A stretch of 62,654 bases of DNA, filler included, from Chrysochromulina tobinii (taxonomy: Eukaryota): NCBI GenBank assembly GCA_001275005.1. It is 9 parts of 9 records of this genome, joined end to end, with 100 filler letters (N's around TTAATTAATTAA, not from the genome) between each part and the next. Parts side by side here need not be neighbours in the genome. Positions count along the whole stretch, not along the records: positions 52,802 to 60,268 come from JWZX01001054.1; positions 60,369 to 62,654 come from JWZX01001075.1; 7 more parts are not named here. One strand, given 5' to 3'. A model generated the notes under the pieces. It did no database searches. It saw only the letters and a list, made by a program, of their open reading frames with translations, and was not told the DNA's origin. A program made the translations under genes and the position numbers. Below are positions 54,445 to 62,654 of the stretch, piece by piece (the stretch's first letter is position 1; each line of letters starts with the position of its first letter).

Positions 54445-56175
54445 TCACCAAAGTGAGACGCTGCCGTCGCCCACGACGGGCTGCGTGAGCAGTGGCGAGC
54501 CCATCGGGCCGTACGCCAGGTAGATGTCGCCATCGAGCTCGAAGCTGCCACTGGACTCTGGCGATAAGGGCGAGGCCGACGGCTCGGACGACGACCCGGG
54601 CATCCCCAGGTTCGTCGGGAGGAAGGGGGTCGGAGCCGCGACCACACGCGCCGACAGAGCGCCTAGAGCCGCCGACAGACCCATCGCGGCAGTCAGCCGC
54701 TCGGGCGTCACCACAGGGGCCGCCGCGCGGCGGTCGGAGCGGAGACGAGTCTCCGCCTTGGCCTTGGCCTCCGCCTTCGCCTTCGCCTCTGGCTCTGCCT
54801 TGCCCTTGGCCTTCGCCTTGGCGGCTACTGCTGCATTAGCCTTGGCCTCCGCCTCTGCCTTTGCCTTGGCTGCTGCCGCGACAGTCGGCCGGCGAGCTGT
54901 GGTGCTTGAGGCAGCTTTTGATGCAGAGGTGTCAGTCGTACGCGCGCCATGAACGGAGCCGCCGCGGCTGATGCCACTGCGGGTCGTGCTGGCACCGCCA
55001 CCACGGGGCGCCGTGCGTGTGCGCTGACTCTGCTGCACGGCCTCAAGCATGGTCTGAGTGCCGAGCATGGTCTGATGCTTCAGAGATTCAATCCGTTGGG
55101 CGAGCTCAGCATGCTCAGCCTCTCGGTCCTCGAGGTTTGCATCCTCCTCAGCCCGCCTCGCGACGCGCTCCGCTTTGCGGTCGCGCAAAGCGGCCGCATA
55201 CTGAGCCTGCTGAAGCTCCCAGCGCGCGTCCTGTGCCTGCACATTGCGCGCGTATTCATCACGGTGAGCGCTGACGTGAGCGTCGGTGCGCGACGTGATC
55301 ACCAGTATGTCCTGCGTCGCACCCATGTGCTCCTCCTGTCGAACAGCAATCTCGTCTTGGCGCGCGAGGATCAGCCGCAGCATCTGCCGGGCCTCGCTGC
55401 CCACTACGCCGTGCTCAGCCGGCGCAAGCGCCGGCGCTGCGCGCGTGGTGCCCGTTTCGTCCACCGATGCGTCGTGCGCCGGCGGCTTCTCGCACGGTTT
55501 GGGCGCTCGGAACGGTGTCGTTCGCACCAGATCCTCGAAGGCTGGCGTAGCCTCGAGCACGCCATGCTTGAGCACGCCGGCCCGGCACAAGAGGTCGGCC
55601 TGGGTTGGCAGCAGCAGGCAGTACAGGGTCGCCGGGTCGACCTCTGCGATCGCGGCACGCGTCATCGCCTTCAGTTGGCGGCGCAACCCGCGTACGGGTT
55701 CGCTGAGCACACGCCGGATCTTACCAAACCTCTTTGTCTTGTCATCGGACAAGTCGGTGTCACCGAAGCTGCCCGTCGTGCCAATGGCACCGTGCGCGAT
55801 GAGCCTCGCCTTCGCGGAAGCCACGAACGTGGAGTCGCCCTGGCGGCATGACTCGACCTCGGCCGCAAAGAACACAGCCAGCCATGCGAAGAGCTTCTGA
55901 AGCTCCTCACCGATGGCGAGACTTTCGCCGGCAGGCGATTGCACCGTCAGTTTACGCGTCGGATGCGCGCCCGCGAGCAGAATCACGAGCTGCATCATGC
56001 GCTGTGGGTTCCGCGCAACCAGAGGCACCTGCAGAGCCGCCGTCAAATTCGTCCTTGGGCCGGCTGACGGCGAGCCCAGCGGTGAGGTGGGAGAGGAGTC
56101 ACTTACCTCATCGGACGTCGGAACCGGCTCGTCCATAAGGTGAACAACGGCGCGGTTCCAGAGTGAGCGCATCAT
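54445..56175 (-). CDS. Hypothetical protein with coiled coil and Ala/Lys-rich repeat
   Basis: Intronless ORF of about 575 aa; no family recognised. Confidence 0.55.
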   Translation of the reverse strand: MMRSLWNRAVVHLMDEPVPTSDEVSDSSPTSPLGSPSAGPRTNLTAALQVPLVARNPQRMMQLVILLAGAHPTRKLTVQSPAGESLAIGEELQKLFAWLAVFFAAEVESCRQGDSTFVASAKARLIAHGAIGTTGSFGDTDLSDDKTKRFGKIRRVLSEPVRGLRRQLKAMTRAAIAEVDPATLYCLLLPTQADLLCRAGVLKHGVLEATPAFEDLVRTTPFRAPKPCEKPPAHDASVDETGTTRAAPALAPAEHGVVGSEARQMLRLILARQDEIAVRQEEHMGATQDILVITSRTDAHVSAHRDEYARNVQAQDARWELQQAQYAAALRDRKAERVARRAEEDANLEDREAEHAELAQRIESLKHQTMLGTQTMLEAVQQSQRTRTAPRGGGASTTRSGISRGGSVHGARTTDTSASKAASSTTARRPTVAAAAKAKAEAEAKANAAVAAKAKAKGKAEPEAKAKAEAKAKAETRLRSDRRAAAPVVTPERLTAAMGLSAALGALSARVVAAPTPFLPTNLGMPGSSSEPSASPLSPESSGSFELDGDIYLAYGPMGSPLLTQPVVGDGSVSLW

Positions 56176-56453
56176 GGTTGCCCGCGCGGCGCGCGCGCAG
56201 CGCGGAAGCGGCCCAAAGTCGAAGCCTGATTTCCCTTCTGAGCACTGAAGCGACAAAGATCGTACGAATGCATGCGGCTTGCGGGAGTTCTGGTCGAAGT
56301 TCAGGGCGAGCCGGGTTCCAAAAACTGACAGCCGCTGAGAGGCAGGCTATCAGACACGCCGGGAGCCGAGGACGCGGTTCACACACAAGACACATACACT
56401 GCTGATCACGATGCGCATGTGGTCGGATCTCGCACATGGAGTCCTCCCCGCTC

Positions 56454-59400
56454 TCATGCGAGGCCGCTCGCCTCGTCTTCCGCGGCGCCCCGTTGCAGCT
56501 CGTCGTCGCCCTCCTCCGCCTCCTCCATCTCCTCGACATGGAGGCGCAGCAGCCGGAGCTCATACGTCGACGCCGCCGCCTCGAGCGCTCGGCGCCCCCA
56601 CCGGCTGCACGCGAGCCTCCGGAGGAGGTGCACGTACGTATGCGCGGCGACCGCCCCGACTCCCCCTCGCCTGACGAGGCTCGCGGCCTCGGGAAGCAGC
56701 CCGAGCAAGGCCGAGAGGAGGGCGAGCAGCGCGTCCGTGCTCGCGCGCGCCTTCGCGGCACACAGCACCAGCTGGTGCACCAAGTTGGCGTACCCGCCCA
56801 CGAGCTCGTCCGAGGGGCACTGGAGCAGCGGCGTGCGCAGGAGGGGCTGCGCGCGCTCGGTGATGCACTCGATCGCGTGCTCGAGGAGCTCTGCCGGCCC
56901 CTCCTCCATCAGTGTGAACAGCGCCTGCAGCACACCGGGCAGGCGCGCGCCCCCGACGGCGCGCTGCGTGTGAAGGAGGGTGCCCGCTGTGAAATGGAAT
57001 CCGTGCACCAGGGCGTCGAGCGCCTCGCGAGGTGCGATCTCCCGCGCGCGCCAGGCCTCGGCCTGCTCGGTGAGCAGCCGTTCCACAGCGACCAGGTGCC
57101 GTGTCGAGAAGACGTGGGCGCGTCGGCGCAGGGCCGCGTTGTCGGCGAGGACCTCGTCCAACGCCCACTGCCCGCCTGCGATCTCCGCGGAGGTGCGATC
57201 TCCGATCGCCGATGCGGAGGGAGCGGCGGCGCCCCCATCGCTCGTCGCGGCTGTGTCCCGAGTGCCCTCGGCTCGCTCGCCCGGCTGTGAGCATGGGGTG
57301 TGAACATGGGCTCGCTCGCCCGGCTCCAAAGGGCACTCGTTCTCGTCAGGGCACTCGTTCTCTTGACGGCGCTCATAGAAGAGCAGGTAGGGGGTGGCGA
57401 GCGAGCCCGCCTCGACGCTGCAAGCCTCCGCCTCGCTCGCCTCGCGCACGCTCGAGTCATTAAAGAGGAGCCAACGGCCGAGCGTGCTCGGCACAGCGCC
57501 GGCGCCGCGCTCGCCACTCGATGCCGCCGCCTCTCCCGCCGCCGCCGGCTTGGCGCGCTGCTGACCGGAGGTCGCCGACGCAGCGTCGGCACCGAGCCCA
57601 GGTTCACACCCCATGTTCACAGCTGGGTCGGCACCGAGCCCGAGCCCCGCGCGCCCCTTGGTGCGCTCCCGCACGTATGAGTAGTAGTGGCCATTCTCCG
57701 AGTCGCCTAGATGCACGACCACCCCCACAAGCGCGTACGTGAAGCCGTCGCCGCCTGTGCCCTCGCCGCCCGCGCCCTCGCCGCCCTCGCCCTCGCCGCC
57801 GCCAGCAAGGAAGCGCGGGCCGAGGTGCAGGGTAGGGGGGAAGGCGCAGGCGTCGAAGACCTTGAGCTTGCACATCGCGTCGTAGTCGAACCGGAAGCGC
57901 TTGAGCTGCACGATGAGGGTGTGGGGCAGCTTGCCCAGGCGCGTCCGCTTGATCGCATCGACCGTCTGACCGGCGCTCGTCTGGTAGCCGCGGATGGGCT
58001 CCGCCATCACGAAGCGCTCGAGCGCCGTCTCGAGCGTCGAGCAGCCCTCGATCTCGAGCGGGAGCACGCGGAAGCTCTCGCGCGTCTCCGACCTCGAGGT
58101 CTCACGCACGAGGGCGGGGGGCGCCCAGGACGGCGCCGACGGATGCCCGCCGCCCTCTACCGGCGCCGTCGTGGGCGCCGCCTCTTCCCACAGGATCTGC
58201 TGCACGAGGGTGCCTCCAAATACGCGGTCGAGGAGCTTGCCCTGCCCAAAGTCATCCTCGAGGCGCTGGAAGAGCGTGTGCAGGTACTCATCCGCATCCC
58301 GCTGCTCCCACGCCGAGAGGCACTCGCCATCGAGGTCCCGAAACGCCGAGCAGAAGGCGGTTGGCTCGAAGGCCACGTGCTCGGAGGTCGAGAGGTACGC
58401 GAGCAGCTGCTGCAGCTGCTCGAACATCGGGGCGTACCGCTTCGCCTCGGAGGGGTGTGCACGCAGCAGCCCGGCCGTCAGGCTCGGCACCATGTGGAGC
58501 TGCTGCATGCACGAGGCCATGTAGCACGTGCACCCGAGGTTGGCGAGGCCCACGTACCTGATGAGGGAGGCAATCCGAGGTCATCCTCCAAGGTCATCAG
58601 AGGTCATCATCCGAGGTCATCCGAGGTCATCATCCGAGGCCATCCGAGGTCATCCTCCAAGGTCATCAGAGGTCATCATCCGAGGTCATCCGAGGTCATC
58701 ATCCGAGGTCATCCGAGGTCATCATCCGAGGTCATCCGAGGTCATCATCCGAGGCCATCCGAGGTCATCCTCCAAGGTCATCCGAGGTCATCATCCGAGG
58801 TCATCCGAGGTCATCATCCGAGGTCATCCGAGGTAGGCGAGGCCCACGTACCCAGCGGGCGCGCACGTTGGCTCAGTCTCAATCTCCCACATCATCTCCC
58901 ACCCGTCGGCCGCACCCCCCTCGACGCCGTGGACGCGCAAGAGTGCCTCGAGCGCCGCCCCAGCGAGCCCGCCCCCACCCTCGCACAGAACGAGTAGCAG
59001 CTCGTAGGCACCCACCTCGGTCTGCGTCGATGGTCGATGGATCGCGCGGCACAGCGGCGAGGCGCCCGCGAGAGCGCGCGGCATGAGCGGCGGCGCGACC
59101 GGCAGCAGCAGCACGTCGATGAGCAGCGCGAGCACGCCCGGCACGACGCGGCTCCGTAGCGGCGCGTGGCGGGTGGCGAGTGCTCGCAACAGCGCGAGCA
59201 GGCCGAGCACGAACGCGTCGGCGGGCGCGCCGTCTTGGGCGGAGCCGTCTGCGTCGGCGGCGACGGTATGAGCGGTGTCGTGGGCGCCCGGCGCGGCGGC
59301 GGCGGCGGCGGCGGCGCTCATGACTGCCGGCGCCCACGACGGCGCCCTTCGCCTCGACGCCCTGACGACCCGCCTCGCCCGTCGTGAGCGCCGTCGTGAG

Positions 59401-60268
59401 CGCCTCGGCGGTCCGAAGAGCTCTGAGTAGCGCGCCCAGCGCCGCGTCAAAGAACGCCTCGGTGGTGGCGATGCTCATGCCGCCCGCCGCCTCGCCGCCC
59501 GCCCCCTCGTGCATCGGCGTGAGGCGCAGCGCGTGGAGCAGCAGCGAGAAGTACGCACCGGCGCGCGTCGGGTGCGAATCAGCCGCCGGGAGCAGCGCAC
59601 TGAGCTGGAGCACGAGGGTCGCAAAGGCGCGTGTGGGCTCGGCCGCCGCCGCCGCCCATTCCGAGAGCGCCTCGGCCGTTTGAGATCGCACCTACATGCA
59701 ATCAGTGGCAATCAGCAGCAATCAGTGGCAATCAGTGGCAATCAGCAGCAATCAGAGCGCCTCGGCCGTTTGAGATCGCACCTCGTCCGCCGCCGCGCCG
59801 AGCAGCACCGCGCGCAGCCACGGCGCCGTCGTGGGCGCACGCAGCCAGCTGAGCAGGTCGATGGCGGCGGGCTCCACCGCCGAGGCGGCGGCGGGCGCGT
59901 CGTGCCGGGCGGGCGCGTCGTGCCGGGCGTGCGCGTCATGCCGGGCGTACGCGTCGGCCGCAGCCGCGCCGGGGCCGAGAGCGCATCCGAGGAGCCGCAG
60001 GCTCGCATCCGCCAATCCCGCCGCCTCAGCCTCCACCGCCATCCCCAGCCCCGACGCGCCCGCGACGGCGCCGGCGCTCGGGCGGCGGTGCGCGAGCAGA
60101 GAGAGGGCCGCCATCGCTGCCTGGAGCAGTCGGGGGCGCTCGAGCGACGCGCATGCGGCGCGCAGCAGCGAGGGATCCGCGGCGAGGGTCTGCACCAGGA
60201 GCTGCTGGTCTGCACGCGCTTCCTTTGATCGGGGCCACTCGGGGGGCGGACACTCGGGGGCGTCGGGG
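56454..60268 (-). CDS. Ubiquitin-specific protease, USP9/24/34-like (5' truncated; introns 59692-59781 and 58558-58851)
   Basis: Cys box GYVGLANLGCTCYM, QRDADEY, LKRFRFDY, His box GVVVHLG...GHYYSY, WLLFND, YLLFYER. Confidence 0.9.
58574..58830 (+). repeat. Intronic (CCGAGGTCAT[CAT])n minisatellite
   Basis: Over 20 alternating 10/13-bp units. Confidence 0.95.
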
Positions 60269-60830
60269 NNNNNNNNNNNNNNNNNNNNNNNNNNNNNNNN
60301 NNNNNNNNNNNNTTAATTAATTAANNNNNNNNNNNNNNNNNNNNNNNNNNNNNNNNNNNNNNNNNNNNGCCCTCGGTGGCGAGCAGCAGCGCCCAAGCCG
60401 TGGTGGGAGTACGAGGAGGCTCTCGCCCGGCTCGCCTTTGAACTTCGAGGTGAGGCGGCAGCGCAGCGAGCGGCACACACGAACTCCTGCGGTCAGCGGC
60501 GGCTGGCGCTGCGCGCTCGAGGCGGCTGGCGCCCGGGAGAGCCGCCGAGCGCGAGGCGCTTGCCGCCTCGGCTGAGCTCGCCGCCGAGCGCGAGGCGCTT
60601 GCCGCCTCGGCTGAGCTGCCTCGCGCGCCTACATTCACAGCTCGCCCAGCTGATGGAACGGTGTCTCGGACGAGAGTGTCTCGAGACTGACGAATGTGTA
60701 GTTCTTGTACGCGGCGCACAGGCTGCTCGTGATGCTATTTATAAATAAAAGTAACTTTATTTATCACGCACCGCACGAAGTCACTCTGCATGCGAGTGCT
60801 CACCACAGCGCCCCCTCGGTAACGGTACTT

Positions 60831-62654
60831 TCACGAGGGCGAAGGCGTCGTGCTGGGCGTGCCCTCAGTACCGGTACGCTCACGAGGGCGCCTGACGCCA
60901 CGCTCAGGCGTCGTGCTGGGTGTTGTGCTCGGCGGCTGGCTGCGTGCAGGCGTCGTGCCGGGCAGGAGGTTGGGCGTTGTTGGGCGGCGCGAGTTGCTCG
61001 GTGGCGAATGTACGGGCATGGAGGGTGGCGGTTGTACTCGATCAGGTGTTCTTGGGGTTGGCATGGTGGCCGAACTCGACGCCGCGTCGGCAACGGACGA
61101 TGGCGCCGCTGCCTCAATGGCCGTCGGCTCAGTACCCAGGTCGCGCCCAACATGGCGCTGTGGAGTGGACGGCGGCGTTGCGAGCGCGGCGCCCACGGCA
61201 GCGCGCACCGGCGCGGCAGCTCGAGGGCCCAAAGCGTCCCACTCGCTGCTTGGAGCCCGCCCGGCGGCCGGCCGGGTGCTCGAGACGGCGCTCGGGACGG
61301 CGCTCGGGACGGCGCTCGGGACACGGAAGCCGAGGGCATCAAACCCTGCTGATGGCGTCACACGCGCGGGCGCGCCGAGATGGGCACCCAGCAGCGTAGG
61401 AGGTGGCACGGGCGGCAGGCTGCCTGCTGAGCACTTCGCGCGCCGTGTTGGGCCCACCGCGTGCCGTATCGGGCCCCAGGTTGAGCAGCTCGGCCGACGG
61501 CCCCGGGGTGTGAATGAGCCTGTGAATCAGGGGCGTGGCGGTGGCGTGGCGCTGGTCCGCGAGGGCGTAGAGGACGGCGAGCATGAGGATGCGCCAGCGG
61601 CGCGCAGAGCGTGAGGAGGAGCTGGGCGGGCAGCGCGAGCGGCGCTATGTCGAGCGCGCGCGCGCCGTCCCTCCAGCCGGCTCGAATGGCGGCGATCAGC
61701 CACTGGCGGCTCCGTAGGCGCCCGCTCCGGCGCCGGCTCCGTGGGCGCCCGCGACGGCGCCGGCTCCGTGGGCGCCCGCGACGGCGCCGCTTGCACCAGA
61801 TGACGCGGGTGGTAGGGGCGCTCGACGCGGCGCCTGGGCGCGGCAGCTCGCCCGAGTGTCCTCGGGAGTCAGGCGAGGCAAAGGGCGGCAGCTCGCCCGC
61901 CTTGAGCTGCGCCTGGAGGCGAGGAGGCGGCAGCCGAGGAGGAGGAGCATGTGCGATGTGAGCGCCGGCGTGTTCGCGCGCTCATCAAAGAGGTGATGGA
62001 GGAGCGGCAGCAGCTGCCAGCCGTTGGGACTCTCGAGCGAATGACGAAGCAGCTGGGCGAGGAGACGAAGGCTGAGGCGCGCCGCATGCTCCTGCTCTGC
62101 GCCCGCGACGGCGCGTGCATGCTCCTGCTCTGCGCCCGCGACGGCGCCCGCGCTTGGGGGCACGCAGCGCAGGAGCAGACTCACATGGACTCTTCCAAAG
62201 TTTACCAGAGGCATCACCGAGGCCGCCACCTCGGCGCCCGGTAGGCGCGCGCCACTCGGCGCCCGGTACGGCGCGCGCCATCTCGGTGCCGCTCGCATGG
62301 ACAAGGGCGTCGCGACGCCCGGTACGGCGCGCTTGGTCGCGCCAGGTACGGCGCCCGGTGGTTTCGGAGCGGTAGTGGGAGGGCTGCTGAGCGTCGTGCC
62401 GATACGGCGCGCGACCTCGAAGAGATGGACGACGCACAAGCTGTCCTTGAGAAGGAGAGCAGCGCTGAGCGTCCCGTGGCGTGCCCACAACGGCGCGTGG
62501 CGTGCCTGCCCGCCGCCGCTGCTGCTGCTGCCCACGACGGCGCGACCGTGTCCATGCGACGCCTCGGTGGAGCTGCTAGTGCTGCCGCTGCCGCCGCCAC
62601 TGGCGGCTCCGTAGGCGCCCGCGACGGCGCCGGATCTGATGCGCCCGCGACGGC
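60831..62654 (-). CDS. Fragmentary uncharacterised gene with low-complexity repeats
   Basis: Overlapping minus-strand ORFs (61696-62535, 61339-61584, 60831-61457) with Leu-rich helical segments; 27-bp repeats at about 61707-61790 and 62605-62654; AT-rich 3'-UTR-like patch at 60735-60765. Confidence 0.35.

Noticed and set aside
5223..60368. Recurring TTAATTAATTAA flanked by Ns as a biological repeat
   Set aside because: Identical 100-nt stop-codon linkers used to concatenate contigs; ORFs ending in X...LIN are artefacts.

Overview
This is not one locus. It is nine short, GC-rich eukaryotic contigs joined by 100-nt artificial spacers (N-run/TTAATTAATTAA/N-run), so linkage across spacers means nothing. 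Gene content (axonemal dynein remnants, DNAAF9/Shulin, plastid-targeted fibrillin, synaptojanin, strawberry notch, USP), spliceosomal introns and composition point to a flagellated alga with a complex plastid, most likely a haptophyte such as Chrysochromulina (inference). Recognisable genes: WDR76/CMR1, a DUF1800-DUF1501 fusion, DNAAF9, an NPPW-type methyltransferase, fibrillin, synaptojanin-like phosphatase, peptidase C69, a ShK-domain kexin-like protease, a Skp1/F-box/BspA-LRR fusion, a CUB-like repeat surface protein, a GT34 glycosyltransferase, a coiled-coil EF-hand protein, SBNO and a USP9/24/34-like deubiquitinase. Mobile DNA: a tandem array of non-autonomous LTR elements with ORF-bearing 1.6-kb LTRs, a Copia 3' end, an internally deleted hAT, a tyrosine-recombinase fragment and SINE/LINE-like tails. 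The strongest leads are (1) a family of introns on three contigs, each made of a 20-41 nt duplicate of the downstream exon, a short-repeat tract and a shared acceptor tail, which looks like an active intron-creating system; (2) a tandem gene family in which at least one copy appears to fuse Skp1, an F-box and hypervariable BspA LRRs; and (3) unusual LTR elements. All calls come from reading motifs by eye; no database searches were run.
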